Source: Phallusia mammillata (taxonomy: Eukaryota). Taken from it: a DNA stretch of 64,000 bases. Below are positions 13,501-26,669 of this stretch, one piece after another (the first letter of the stretch is position 1; every line of letters begins with the position of its first letter). Location of the stretch: the NCBI GenBank assembly GCA_965637545.1, contig OZ281495.1, forward strand, positions 14,198,001-14,262,000. The letters run 5' to 3'. A program made the position numbers and the translations under genes. Under the pieces are notes generated by a model, which saw only the letters and a list, made by a program, of their open reading frames with translations, was not told where the DNA came from and ran no database searches.

Positions 13501-15000
13501 CTGACATCAAAACAGCCATTCCCCAAACAGTGATCAACCCCACGTATACATTTCTGTTCCGTTGGCTCCGATATCGCATTGGCCACTTGATAGCGCAAAA
13601 GCGCTGCTGGCCAAGAAATATCAAATGGTACAGGGAAGCAGTAAAACCGAAAACGTGAAAAATTCCGCCTGCAATCGATTGTGGTGAACCCCGTAACTGT
13701 AACTGATGTCGATCAAGTTCGTTTGCTGTTGAATTCAACGTCCAGCTAAAGTTGTAGATGGCGATTCCAAAAATCTGAATTCCTGCAAGCAAAATGTGAT
13801 TTGGAATCCCCTACACGAGAGAAAAAAACTTAGTTGAATACGAACTTAATGTAATATTAATTTGCATGTGTTTTTAGTTTAAAACGAATTGATTTAATCA
13901 AAGTTAGTCGCTGATCTGTTAAAATAAGTTAAGCACGTTTGAAGACAATTTTGTATCCGTCCTTTTAATATTTAGGCACTGAGATCTAATTTATGTTTTT
14001 GTAAAGCAATATTTTATTTATTTATTTTTCATTTAGAATTAAAAGTATAAAAAACCTGACTCTTTAGGTTTACATGCCTAAACTTTGACTACATTTGATC
14101 ATGATGCGAATCTCTTAATGTCACAAGGTAAAGTTTAAAGGTCATTCGTTTCATATCATCACAATCGACGTTACCTGTCAACATGTCAGCAACTGCTAAC
14201 GACGCTTTAATCTTGCTGTACGTCCCAGAAAATCCGCTCTTCTTTGTCATGTTACACCAGATAACAAATCCATTGCCCATCACGATGAGTAGACCCAGCA
14301 AAACTATTAGAGCCACAAAAATGGACGCCCCGGCCATGTTACATTGCTGGCATGCTTTCAATGCAATGTTGGCACAATCATATAAAGCGTTCGATGAACA
14401 AAAGCTTGGAAAACCACAAAGCTGTGAAGTAGGGGTGCTTGGTGTAATCGCCTTCATCACGCTGGTTGTGGTTAAGTTGGAATGCAGAAAAACTGACAAT
14501 GGCGAGGACTCCAGCACACTCGTGGAGGTATAATTATCTGTTATTTGTGTGTAATTGCGGTTAGGTAGCCAGGAATCGTCTAGTTCCTCGGGTCGGCCGC
14601 TGTTGAACGTGCTTAAATTGGATGGCAATAAAGTTTCATTGGACTGATTCAAGTAATTTCCATTTTGTAAATCCAATGCACTTTCTGTCGCAATGTTCAA
14701 TCTTGAACTATTTTCAGGGACGGTTGTAGTTTCGTTGACTGGAAATACACGCTGGACAAATTCAATTGGTATTGGTGGAGCTACAAGTTCGGGTTTCAGA
14801 GGTACGAAATAGACAGGTGTTTCGAAACGATCAATGACCATTGAGTTGAATATGGTAGGGCGAAACGTTGCTGCGGCAGTCATAGTAAAGACTTCATTAA
14901 AGAATTCAGGTTCGGGTGATACGAAGGGCTGCGGACTGACGACTCTATCTATAAGAAAAGGTTCTGCAACCCTAGGCCGTTCTGGACTTTCGCCGCTCAT
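10587..15000 (-). CDS. Rhodopsin-like orphan GPCR A2 (tandem paralog of A1), 6 exons, apparently intact
   Basis: Exons 15000-14175, 13782-13492, 13422-13277, 13091-12935, 11228-11126, 10776-10587; same intron positions and phases as A1; starts MSGESPE and ends THSV like A1. Confidence 0.88.
11677..11729 (+). ncRNA. Strongly degenerate hammerhead remnant in A2 intron 4
   Basis: AGTTGCA-CTATAAA-GACCTTACATGTC-AAAA-CAGTG..., preceded by the same TGTCTTGTCACC flank as the 8921 copy. Confidence 0.55.
11837..12922. mobile_element. hAT-type MITE with a nested truncated second MITE (about 12449-12852)
   Basis: TIR CAGGGGTGGGCAAA...TTTGCCCATCCCTG; TSD ccctacac/ccctatac. The inner segment starting CAGGGGTGCACAACC matches the 39619-40111 element, including its (TA)n tract. 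Confidence 0.85.
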
Positions 15001-16523
15001 TGCTCTATTTAGGGCTTGTGGCACGTGGGTATACGTAAGTGAAATTATGATGTTTATACCTAAGAGGCAAAAACCTGTAATTCAAAAGTGTATTTTATTT
15101 TATCGATAAAAATGCTGTTACGCACACAGTTTAGAGAACCTATAGCTTGATTGATAAACAAATAAGCCAGTAAGTATAAGCACATCTTTTTGACGTTTTG
15201 ACCAATTTTACATGATAAGATAAAGCTCATCTCCGGTATAGATGAAATCATTAAAAATGGGTCTAGGAGTTTTAAAACGTCAATATGTTCCTTACTTACA
15301 AGTGTGATGAGACTGCATACTGGCTAGCTTGTTTATTCTTAATCAAGACTGTTTTTATGCTTAGACTTTTTTAAGTTATGAATGAATCTTTCTGGAACCA
15401 TCCAATTTAAAAAAAATCATTTGTCTTGTATTGTGTAATCATTAAATTTAAATTTTATTTGCATGCAAAATTATACTGTCAAGCAACTGGTAATTTCATC
15501 GAGAATCTCTAAATCATCCTTTCCCCCTTTGGTTATTTTGTCACTCAATTTTCAAAAACAAACAATTGAACTCCATTATAACCGATATCTGCTCTTTAAA
15601 ACCCATTTAACAATGGGTTATTAACAATGCATCGCTCATCTCTCCATGATGATAATACAACACCACAGTCGATGTACACAAAATCCAAATCCTGTAAAGC
15701 AGCAAGTTCAACATTGCTTACGTTCATTTCTCAACAGATGTAATAAAGGGTCACCAATCCTATTTAAGCAGATGAATTGAGCACCAATGGCCCCAGGCAC
15801 GAAAAATATCGTACAGCGTAATTTTGTGACGTATTTATGCTACATCACGGTCTTTGCGCGTGACGTGGCTGCGCAAGGCGATCGTTACAAGCGTGATGAG
15901 ACTATCTCGTGTCTTTTCAAATTTAACCACTTTATTGAAACCGATTTGGCGAAGGAAATTCAACACAGCATGCACATTAGGACTTGTAATACCATGCCTG
16001 GCAGCAAAGAAACGATATTTTCTTTTTATTTATTTTTAAATGTAAATATATTTTTCCGGATGTTTTCAATGGAAATTAAAAAGTGCATTGACTGTGCGGA
16101 TGTGGTACATTTTGAATATGTTTTATGCAAATAAAGCACAAATTAGCAGAAACATTTGCTTGAATGTATTTTACACTAAAATTACTTTTTAGTTTTTTTA
16201 AGTGCAAAGCCAATAATTGTAAAAAAGCAACTAATACCCACAAGCCAAAACAAAAAAGTTGAAAGTTATAGTTTTTACACTGATTTTAAAGATTTCTTTG
16301 TTGACGTTGTAACTTTTGCTGCAACTTTTCATCAAAAAGTGAAGTGATTGGGTTTCGCAAGAAGCTGAAGCAGAAATATACGCAGAACAATAAAATTGCG
16401 GGATTTTTTGCTTTGGTGCAAATAACGTGTCAATGGGTTTCCCTTGTAACTTAGCGTGCAACGGAAACATTAAATGTGACGCATGCTGAAGCATACACAG
16501 AAAATGCACAGATTTTTTTCTCG

Positions 16524-18460
16524 CTATTGGGTCACAACAGTGATGCTAATCTGCTTGTTGACAACGTGCTTGATTCCACTTGTGAAGGGATGTAGCATCT
16601 CTGTCCAGTTGTTGAAACAAACCAGTGTACAAACGAAGTTGATTAATGAGTCGAAGTCCCACATAGCGTTTGTTACCTACCAACAACATAACTTTAAATT
16701 AACGATATACATACCTCACCTAAGTATTGGGCATCATCAGTTTTCTAATTAAATCAAATCTTTATAAACTTGTCAGTAAAAGGTTTTGTGAAACGTCAAG
16801 TTTAAATGAAATATATATATTCCTGTCCGTTTCTTTTCAAACAATTTCAATTTTTTTACCAGCATGGTGGTATGACGTCGCATCGTTGTGGTGATGACGA
16901 CACAAATGACGTCGGTCAGCGCACACACCGCGGCCGAAATGAGACAAGTTCGAACCAGCGCGCGAAGTCGCTCAAGACCGCTCCAAGTAGTTTTGTTGCT
17001 TACACCAACTCCGTCACGTGATAGACTTTGATGCTGACGTAGGATATAAAAGAAAAGACCCAGCATACATCCTACAAATATAAATATCTCGTACAAAGTA
17101 TATTTTCTTTTCTATGTGTATTAAGATGAGCATGCACCAACTCAGTTTCAAACCCAAAAATGTTTAATCAAACCCCTGACATTCATAACCCGTGACAGAA
17201 GTTCTACGAAAAATGTTATTGCAAAAAAATGTAAAACTAAATTAGGAAATTTCGTCAAAGGTAGAGGTCTGGGGTGTTCGTAAAGGTGGAGAGCAGGTAA
17301 CCTAGTGTAAGTGGGGTTTCAAATCTGGGATCGACTATACTGTTGTTCTGGAAATAGTTAAGGCAGCAGCATACCTCATGTCAGTTTCACATTTATTCCT
17401 TATGTACCTTGAACCGCGAAGGCCACGGTATATGAAGCAGCAATCAGATAAGTGACAGAGTGTGTGTTGCTGTAGAGGCAAAATCCTCTTTCGACGTTTA
17501 CGTCAATTTGCTGAGAGGTAAAGTAAGTCGCTACCATCGCCACAACTTCCAACAAGAAGATAATGATCAGCAACGAATAACTAAATCTGAAAATAGACGT
17601 GGTTAATTAGTGCTTAAAATGTCAAAAAGCAATTCTTGTACCTGAGCACAGATTTCTTAGCAAAACGCTTGACCTGCCTGTTACGATACAGTGTGTATTG
17701 TCGCATCCACAAAAACACGTAGAGAACTCCACAGCCTACACGATAAAACACAGTTAACAGATAAGTTACAACTTTGTAGCGTGAAGGTTTCTGACTTTCT
17801 TTGTTCGTTTTCGTTTTATTTATAAGTGATATAATAAGTCCACGGTCACATAAAATCGGTGGCGTATAAGTCATTGCACTTGAATTTCACAAGTCTCTGT
17901 GTTGTGCTTATAGTAAAGATGGAATTAACGGTTTTGCAATCTGCAACTGTTTTTAACCACGTTGGCCAGAATTCTATTGTTCAAGTGAGTGAGAACAAAA
18001 AGAAACATCTCACTGAAAGTATGAAGAACTTGGTGAACAGTGTCAGCAAAATGGCAACGTTGCGTGGTTCTGGCAGCTACAAAAAACACAATTCCAACAA
18101 CCGATTTGGCAATAACCGTTAAGCCGAAACCGATAAAAAGCAGAATAAGAATCGTGCCATAAACACTTCTTTGCTCAGTAGCAGTTGAGCGTCTGCAAAA
18201 AATGAATAAATATCAACGCTAGAACAAAAAAATGAATAAACGTCAAAGCTTGTATAAAAAAAATGGATAAATGTCAACGCTGGAACAAAAGTTTAAATAA
18301 TTTGCTTTTCTTACCTTATGAGCAAAATCGCAATCGAAACAAAAATATATGTACATGCAAAGAGCACAAATATTTCCAAAATAAATGCGGATAGTTCAAC
18401 GGAATGGAAAACGTTTTCACTAAAGCTATCGCTTATATTCCACATTTCAGTCACATTCAT
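16524..18460 (-). CDS. Orphan 7TM receptor C2 (class-A-like fold, FLWMRQ family), 6 exons
   Basis: Exons 18460-18315, 18192-18014, 17735-17642, 17586-17408, 17071-16860, 16676-16524 splice in frame; seven hydrophobic segments; Cys 25 residues before the Arg of WMR; ECL2 Cys (GFCLY). Confidence 0.82.
18197..18295. repeat. About 30-bp minisatellite, about 3 copies, C2 intron 1
   Basis: Repeated AAAAAATG(A/G)ATAAA..TCAA.GCT unit. Confidence 0.6.
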
Positions 18461-19299
18461 TATGCCTGTATGGCTTTACTTTGTTAAACCTTTTCTTTGA
18501 AAAATCCCTGCATTGAAAACATTATTTTTTAAAAACAATTAATTTGCAATAAAAAAAATTGATTAATAAGTTAAATGTCAGTTAAGTTGCTTTTTATGTA
18601 AACGCAACTTCTCAGCGTCGCAAATAATCGCTCAATGACTTGAAATCTAAATTGTGGCTTTCGAATCAATTCAGCTGACAGAAGTGCTGAAATGTTTTGT
18701 CTGCAACCTGATGCATACAATGTGTTGCCTGGTCCTCGTATTTTAATCTTAATTTAATTGCTCTTGACAAGGTAGCGCCATACGTTGGAGACCACTTTAA
18801 AAGCTGACAGAGTTATGCTGACAAAGCGCTTGTGACTATTGATCATCAATAATTTATTATTCCTAATCTATAAGTACAATCCAACTGCACGGTTTGTTTC
18901 TTTTCTGAAATAAAGATCGTTTTTACGCTTGGAGTGTTACAGTAAATTATGTCCATTATACTTCGTGTTAACACAGCAACAAAAGTCATTTAGTAACTAT
19001 TCTTTGGAGTTGTATTATTTAATGCTTTGTTTTTATTGGTTTGTTTTGGTTTATGACTGCATATTTACAAAACTTACCAAGCCCACAGGTTCTTGTTATT
19101 CTCTGTAACTTTACAACAACGGAAAAGACATGTCGGTATATTTCAATATAATATGATATTTGATCTTTTTGTGAATCTCAAAATTTTGGTAAAAAAATCA
19201 TTTTTTAAAAGTGACTAAAAAGATTGACATCCAATTTTGTGTATCCGAGAGTATCGTAATAAAGGCGGCGAAAAATAAAATATTTGTAATAATCAGCCA

Positions 19300-21303
19300 C
19301 TATGTTACAACGTAAACATCAGATCGCCGTATTCTTGAAGAGTCTTTAGAACTCGTGAAAGGGTGAAGCATTTCTTTCCAGTTGTTAAAACAAACCAGGG
19401 CACAAATGAAGTTGATTAAAGAATCGAAGTCCCATATAGCATTCGTCACCTGCAACAGTATACATAATGATTGTATTTGCAAAATGATGTTGTTAAATAA
19501 GAATAGTTACCAGCATGCTCACGCGATATCGTAGGACAGTGGTAATCGCCACGCAGATAATGTCAGTTGCTACACTAACTGTTGATGAAACAAAACAAGT
19601 TTGTACAACCACACGGAGACGCTCGAGTGCGGTTGAGTTTGATCTGCCTCTGGTTCGAATTACCTCATTTGCCATGCTTTCATGCCGACGAAGCATAAAT
19701 ACGAACAGCGCAAGTACGCAACCTGTAAAGAGAAACTGATAAGAATCGGCACGAATCATAAAGTTTATTTCGTTTGGTGGAAGAAAATAAGGTGTTTTAC
19801 ACTAACTTTCAAAAAAGGCAAACGTGCCAGTTATCCAAAGGCGCCAATAGCCTACCTATCGTTTGTAACAAAAACTTTAACGGTCTGTTAAACTCTCACC
19901 TTGCGCTAATATTGCAATTGCATGAAATCCGGCTGCCAGAAGATCTACGGAATGGGTCTGGTCAATGTACAAACATTTCTGGCCAACAGCTATTACGTCG
20001 ACAGGCAGTGACGTAAAATAAACTCCAAATAGTGCCATTGCCACCAGAATGAGCATGACACCGAGCAGCGCGAAGCTGAATCTTAACAAAACGTTTGGTG
20101 AATTAAAAAAAATATTTGAAATACTATTTGCAATTTGATAGTGTGTTTAAAGGTGCATTTTTTCCTGTGTAGTTATTTAAGTTTGTGGACTGTTATTTGG
20201 TCGTGAACTGTAAATGCAACAGTAAACATGTAAATAACAGCTTTCATCGTGGTGGCTCAGAAGATCAAGTCAAATATTTTTTAAACCGGGTAGAATTACA
20301 CGGTAAGATACTTGGAGATTTTACCTGTGCACACATTTCGTCGCTAATCGTTTGAGAAACCGGTTTCTGTACAAAGTGTACTGACGCATCCACAGAAAAA
20401 CAAACAGAAACCCGCCTCCTGGAAAACATAATATATAACACAAACACAATGCAAATCAACCTGTAGTTTGGGTAAACGTATAGCCGGTGAAATTTCTCTT
20501 TGATGCTAATGTTAAATTTGTTTTTTTTTTTCAGGCCAATAGTCCAAATAAAGACCTCATAAGTTTATTGCTGCTGTCGTTATTAGTAGGCCTACATTAA
20601 TTTCAATAAAGTTGCTTTTTATAAGTCAGTCTATTGAAATGAGACCAAGGCTTTTTGTATTTGTCCTATTCCATAAAACTTGTTGTTTTTTGTGTAAATG
20701 TTTTGTGATGTATTGCTGTAAATTTATACGATAAAAGGTAAGAAAATAAAATTTTAGGGTACATACCTATTGTGTGTATAGCTTGATGAACCGTATCAAC
20801 AGCAAGGCATCCAGTCGTATCACGGTGTGTCACGTAAAATACGACACCCATAACAGATTTGGCAAAAACGGTCGTCCCAAAACTAATAAAGAATAGCATG
20901 AGTATCAAATGAAAATTGCAGGTCTGACGATGGCCCGATTTTCGGCGTTTTCTACAAAACGAAGGGATATATATACTGTTTATTGTTTCGTCTCGATTTC
21001 TTATCTACACATTAATCAAAACCACCACAAATTGCAATACATTGCTTATCAGTCAAATAGATAAGTGTAACAGTACTTTTTTTTTTAACTAAGCAACTAA
21101 AATTTATCCCATATTGTTTGACAACTCAGTTTAACTATATGCAGTAACGTGTGAAACAAACCCTACCGTAATAACATGATTGCCAAGTTCACGAGAACGT
21201 AGCAACAAACGATTACTGAGATAAGTTCCATTAGAAAACCGATTACTTCGGGTGAACGGAAAACATTCTCGTTGTCAGTTTTGTTGCCAGTTGTATTATT
21301 CAT
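19300..21303 (-). CDS. Orphan 7TM receptor C1 (tandem paralog of C2), 6 exons
   Basis: Exons 21303-21167, 20951-20767, 20418-20325, 20081-19900, 19722-19511, 19449-19300; same intron layout as C2; TM3 CLAVDTVHQAIHTIGGGFLFVFLWMRQ, TM7 WDFDSLINFICALVCFNNWKEML. Confidence 0.82.
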
Positions 21304-21594
21304 ATCTACATTATTTAATTTGACCTGCAGATTCCATGGAATCAGAAACAAAAAAATCTTTGATTATAGCATCTGAACACATAACATGTGGAACTTTAAA
21401 GTAGACCTATGCCATTTATGTGCGCTCTTGCCGTTTAAAAATTTGTTTGAAAGTCGTGTCTAGACGTTGACGCTTATAAACACATTTTTTTCGGTTTCGA
21501 CTTTAAACAAGTTGTTTGTCCGAGGTCAACGTACTCGGCCACTTTATATCTGCCAACCAAAATTCAACGAGCGTAAATTATTGATACTTTAGAC

Positions 21595-21822
21595 CAGTGG
21601 TCGGCAACCGCCGGTCCGCGAGGAGTTCGTTACCGGGCCGTATACTTTTTCAGGTTAATATTAACCATATGCTATACAACATTTTGCCCATGTATCCCGG
21701 GGGAGAAACTAACTTTGGCGTTTTCATTGCTAAATATTTGTAATTTTTTTTTGAAGACCGGTCCGCGATAAAATTTCAGTTTCATAAACGGTCCGCAGTG
21801 CAAAAAAGGTTGCCGACCCCTG
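21595..21822. mobile_element. hAT-type MITE (228 bp)
   Basis: TIR CAGTGGTCGGCAACC...GGTTGCCGACCCCTG; perfect 8-bp TSD ctttagac. Confidence 0.92.
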
Positions 21823-23637
21823 CTTTAGACCCAAGCAACCTAGTTCGTGATGGAAATCATGTCGTGGTTTGGGTATCTTGGTGTGATTATTACGTTGGTC
21901 AACAAAAATGCTAAAAATTGTAAGAAAATACAAGTTTGATGTAAGATGGTTGGAAACTTTACACAAACAATTCTTTTTAGATTTTAAATCAACTGAAATC
22001 TCTAAAATCCATTTCTAATGCGGAACGGTAGTGCATTGAATAAAAAAAGTACGGTGTGTTACTTGGGTGGTCTTTTAAAAAACACTCAATTTAAGCCTAA
22101 AAAGGAAAGGTTTATTTTACACTAAACGGCCTTGAAGGCCATCAGCCTACCTAAGGTTTGCAATCGTGCAAATGTACCAATTAGGCTAATTATATTGTGG
22201 TTTTGTTTTTGACTGATAAAGCCCAAGTTCTGATAGCAGTTTCCAGCTTCCCATTAGCCTGCCGCGAACTTGAGTACCGGCCTCTCTATTTTTGATGCAA
22301 ACAAACTTCTCGCTATCTTAAATGAGGTACCTGCAGCTAACAAGGCCCCTTAAAAAACTTTTGCGTATAACTGAAAAACCATTTAACAATTTCAGGCCAA
22401 ATTCGGCATGATTGTTGTAGAGGTTGATATTAAACATCCATTAGATTTTGAGGACGTTTGCATGTTTTGTTTTTGTAGGATAATAGTTTAAAAAAAATGA
22501 AAACTTGGGCCTTAATACAAACCTGTGCTGTTAATAAAGCCCAACATTTTTATGTTTTTAAAGATAGTCTAGAAACCAATCAGACTCATTTATACTTTGC
22601 TTCGGTGAAATAAAAGTTCAAACAAGCAACGTTATTAACTCATATTACACATATACTGTTAACTAAGACATATAACTGTTGATCTGAAGGTACTAAAAAA
22701 AGAATAAACGACCCCTCGACATTTGATAACCAAAAATACTAAATGAAAGATTACTTCCACAAACATCTTGTTCGGACTTTTTATCTTCCTAAGAAAGGAA
22801 AAAAGCAAATTTTGTGCAAATCAGTCGCCTTTACTATAAAAGACACTTGAGAAAATAACAAAAAATCGTTGGGCCTTATTGCAAGCAATGGCTGACAAAC
22901 AAAACCGTAATCAAATTTATTTGAAGTAATTCTTTTTTCCAGATCGGATAATGCTCCAATTAAACTAAAATGACCCCATTACTAATATATCTTAATAAGT
23001 TTTCATTTCGACAACACAACCTTTTCATTTTTGTTACCAATTTTTACAAAAAATAATAAAAAGTTGAAAATAAACACTTCTAAATTTGGATTGGTCATGA
23101 TAACAATTACATATAACTTGCAGGTCCAAAACTTTGTAGATCATTTTAAGTACACATATATTTTAAAATTGCATCAAAACGGAAGCATTTTTTCTTGCAC
23201 ATAAAAAAATATGAGCAGTGGGCCTTATTACCTTCCGGGCCTATATACCTTCAGGTACCTTGGTTTAAAATCTAAAGTCAGAAAAGCAAACACATCTTTT
23301 CCCACCAATCAAATTCTATTCACTTTGACAACAAGCAACTTACTTGGACCGTTCAAGACATAACTGCTTCATGCCTAAGCGCCATTTGCGCGTGATTGCC
23401 CAAATTGGTCACATTTGATCTTTACCACACCAAATTGCGCCAGTTTTTTAGTGGCGACAGCTATGCAGTTTCTATTTTCAAAAAACATGCGCAGAAGCAA
23501 TAATTTTGTTGTTGTTGTTGTTTTTTTCATGTAACAATCCATAGTCTATGAATAAACTCAGCCACTCATTAGTCGATTTGTGTCAATGGCAAAACCTAAT
23601 AATTTTTGAACATCTGTGGTGATCCGGATGGGCCTTA

Positions 23638-23647
23638 GTGACGTCAC
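23638..23647. promoter_or_regulatory. Perfect CRE/ATF palindrome upstream of the zinc-finger gene
   Basis: GTGACGTCAC in the divergent C1/zinc-finger intergenic region; function not shown. Confidence 0.3.
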
Positions 23648-23764
23648 CCAGCAACCTAGCTAATGAAAAGTTGTGTTGGGTCATATATGGGTGTTTAACA
23701 TTTTCTATAGGTCATTTTAAATTGTTACGCTTGACCGTTAAAGTTAAACTGATATAAATTAGTC

Positions 23765-24218
23765 CAGGGGTCTCAAACTCAAACTGCTTTGGGGGCCAAA
23801 AACAAACTTTTAAGTAAGTCAGGGGCCGCACTATCAAAAATATTGCAATGTTAAAAAGTAAAATGTTCATTTATGCCATTAGCTACATTAAAAAACAATA
23901 TCGTAACAATTAACAAACAGATTTTCAGTGTAGCAAGTAAAAGAGTCAACTGTGTAATATTGCTTTGTGTGGGAATAATGGCCTACAATGACGCAACAAT
24001 GTATAAAATATGACGCAACAATTGAAATTGCTGAATTTAAAAATGGGCTCGTTCAATCATCATATACCAGCAATAGAGAATGTTTGTATCATGTTAATTT
24101 TCTGGTCTGACATCAGGGTATTCCGCCTAAGTAAAACACGTGACTTCTAAAAGGTACATCGCAGGCCGCACAAAAACCCTTTGAGGGCCGCATGCGGCCC
24201 GCGTGTTAGAGACCCCTG
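23765..24218. mobile_element. hAT-type MITE (454 bp)
   Basis: TIR CAGGGGTCTC...GAGACCCCTG; perfect 8-bp TSD aattagtc. Confidence 0.9.
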
Positions 24219-24360
24219 AATTAGTCGAATATTGCTAAACAGCAATATTGCATGAAGAAGAGCTCTTTTTGCCCTTAACTTTTTAGTAAAGGTAACTGTT
24301 TTTTCCAGTAGGTTATCGTAAGTCGTTTGCTAAAAACACTGTGCTGATACTAATTTGTTT

Positions 24361-25224
24361 ATGATGAACGAGGAGAGTCTAACAGAAATATCCAATTCAG
24401 AGCTTTTTGGAGAAATAAAGCGCTTACGGGTGGACATGAAAGAAATGTATTGGCAAATGTTATTAAAATTTAATGAACAGTTTATGGGAATCCAAAATCA
24501 GTTGAAAATACTAAATCAGAACCTTGTGGTTCTTAACAGTTCCAAAACATTACTAGTTAATTCAAACCCGGAGGATGTTTACTTCGGCAAAGACATCTCA
24601 GAGCACCCTATTGACAACAGCCCAACAGGGTGGTCTCTGACAAATAATAATTCCACACAAGAAAATTTACAAGCAATGTCAAAGGATTTGGACAGTGAAG
24701 ATGCCATGTATGATGATAACGAAGATGATGGACAAATTGCCGAACAAACCCCAGTTGTTCTTGAGGTTACCACATCTCATACTGGAGCTTTAAATGAAAT
24801 GTTAAAAGACAACAATGATCAACATGACAAAAGTGTCAAGGAGGGTCTTGAAAATGTAGAAACTGTGAGCCCTTATACTTGTCTGTCAAGGCATATGTAT
24901 GAAGAGTCAAGTCATATAGCTAACTGCAAGGATCGCCATTGCATGTTGTGCCGAAGCTTGTGTGTGTCCGAACATGACAATTTTAAATTGGGTCAAAAGA
25001 GTCAATGGAAATGTGCAATTTGTTTAAAGTACTTTAGGCGAAAGTACAATTTAAAAAATCACATGAGATGTCACACTGGAGAAAAACCATATCAGTGCAA
25101 AACATGCAAAAGATTTTTTCGGTCCAAACAGGCTCTTAACTATCATGCACACAAGCATGATGGAAACTATCAACAAAAACTTCATAATAAGGTGCAGAAT
25201 GGAGTCTCTCAATCACAGGTTTAA
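24361..25224 (+). CDS. C2H2 zinc-finger protein (2 fingers) with N-terminal predicted coiled coil; single coding exon
   Basis: Open frame from ATG 24361; WKCAICLKYFRRKYNLKNHMRCH-TGEKPY-QCKTCKRFFRSKQALNYHAHKH with canonical linker. Confidence 0.88.
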   Translation: MMNEESLTEISNSELFGEIKRLRVDMKEMYWQMLLKFNEQFMGIQNQLKILNQNLVVLNSSKTLLVNSNPEDVYFGKDISEHPIDNSPTGWSLTNNNSTQENLQAMSKDLDSEDAMYDDNEDDGQIAEQTPVVLEVTTSHTGALNEMLKDNNDQHDKSVKEGLENVETVSPYTCLSRHMYEESSHIANCKDRHCMLCRSLCVSEHDNFKLGQKSQWKCAICLKYFRRKYNLKNHMRCHTGEKPYQCKTCKRFFRSKQALNYHAHKHDGNYQQKLHNKVQNGVSQSQV

Positions 25225-26157
25225 ATTTTGCTTTTATAATTCTTGAATGTGTTTAAATATATACTTGTTTAGTTCTGTAACAACCTATACCATTTTAGAA
25301 GTTTCTTGTCTGAAGGTGGCAATATTTAAAGGATTGTTTCAAAAGGTATGATGTTCATTTTTTTCTTTAATTGTCTTGTATGTAATGTTTGTGTTCATTT
25401 AGATGACAAGATTTGTTGGAGCACATGTCCAAATGAAAGAATGTCAAAATTTGTCCATGTGAGAATGTTGAATTCAAATTTTGCTATGAAATATATTGAT
25501 GCAAAAGTGCTTTGGTTGTCATTTAGCAGCAAGCAAATGTTAGGAATAAGCCAATGCATTCTTAAATTGATATTAGTTTTGTGAAATTGCATTGGAAATG
25601 TGTAAAAACAGCTTATGATCTGTCTGCTCTACTTAATTACAGTTAAAACCTCCACTTAATAGTGACTCCACGAGGGTGGTACTAAATACCAAATGAGATC
25701 GCATGTTATTCCGCTTACAATACTGCATTGTATGGGAAATGTGGAAATACAAGCACAACAAGGGTAAAATAAAACAGATTCTAGCTATTTTATTTACAAA
25801 CCCTCAACCAACCCGAATAGCTCTAACTGTCAGCGCTTTCAAAAGTCCCCAAAATTTATTTTCGTAAAAGCATATTCAAGATTTTTACAACCTGTTGTGT
25901 GACAACATGAGGTAACATTCGATATTATGCGGTATTTAGCACCACCGTCAAGATATGTCAAATTACCAACTAGGGTCTTAGTAATTTAAATTCAGAAATG
26001 TGTACAATAAGCCTTTGTGATCCAACCTATGTGTTGGACGCTAAGTTATACCACTACACTTCAACAAATAATGTGTAGTTAAAAAAACAACAATGATTTA
26101 TTTGACACTGCTTAACTATCTGGTGTAAACAGGATCTTAAATCATCAATCACATGGG

Positions 26158-26669
26158 TCAGGGAGTTTGAACTTTTATGTCACATGCAGTATCATCTCCA
26201 GAGAATGTGTCCAGTTTATCTTCAAATTTAAAAGCTAACACTGGGTCATCAAGAAATATTGCTTCTTTATAAGTGTAAGGCATGTACCCAGAGGCCCTTG
26301 AAACTCGTATTCCATGTATTACCTCTTTATATTTGTGATCGCACAAATCTGTTTGTGGAAAAAAAACATTTCCGATTGGTTTAACTTTTAGCTAGCTATG
26401 GAAACAATTGTCTTACTTGTAGCCTTTTGAGGAAATGGCAATCCAGTTACCGATGACACAAATTGTGACAACAGTTGCACATTTTTGTAGTCAACAGGTA
26501 CTCCGCAAAGTGTGCAGCGATTGGTTCTTTCTTGGAAAGGGTTTTCCATTTCAATAGGCAAATCATCTTCACACAATGCTGTTGTTGTTTGAATTGTTCT
26601 TTTGTGGACCTTTGCAGCATGTGTTTTTGTTATGCATGTTTTAATCCTCAGAAAAGTTCTACCTAGCAT
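26158..26669 (-). CDS. mrps18c: Mitochondrial ribosomal protein S18C (bS18m), 2 exons
   Basis: Exons 26669-26417 and 26348-26158; [26 protein letters not shown]...LCDHKYKEV...[16 protein letters not shown] fits MRPS18C; basic N-terminal transit-like peptide. Confidence 0.9.

Noticed and set aside
15885-15920. GTGATGA-GAC..GTC possible hammerhead
   Set aside because: No GAAA after stem II, and the core is imperfect.
21490-21545. Minus-strand GAC...GTCGAAAC with flanking GTTGAC/GTCAAC
   Set aside because: No CUGANGA core and no stem III or NUH geometry.
25639-25700. TA-flanked CAGTTAAAACCTCC resembling a Tc1/pogo TIR
   Set aside because: No matching right TIR found.
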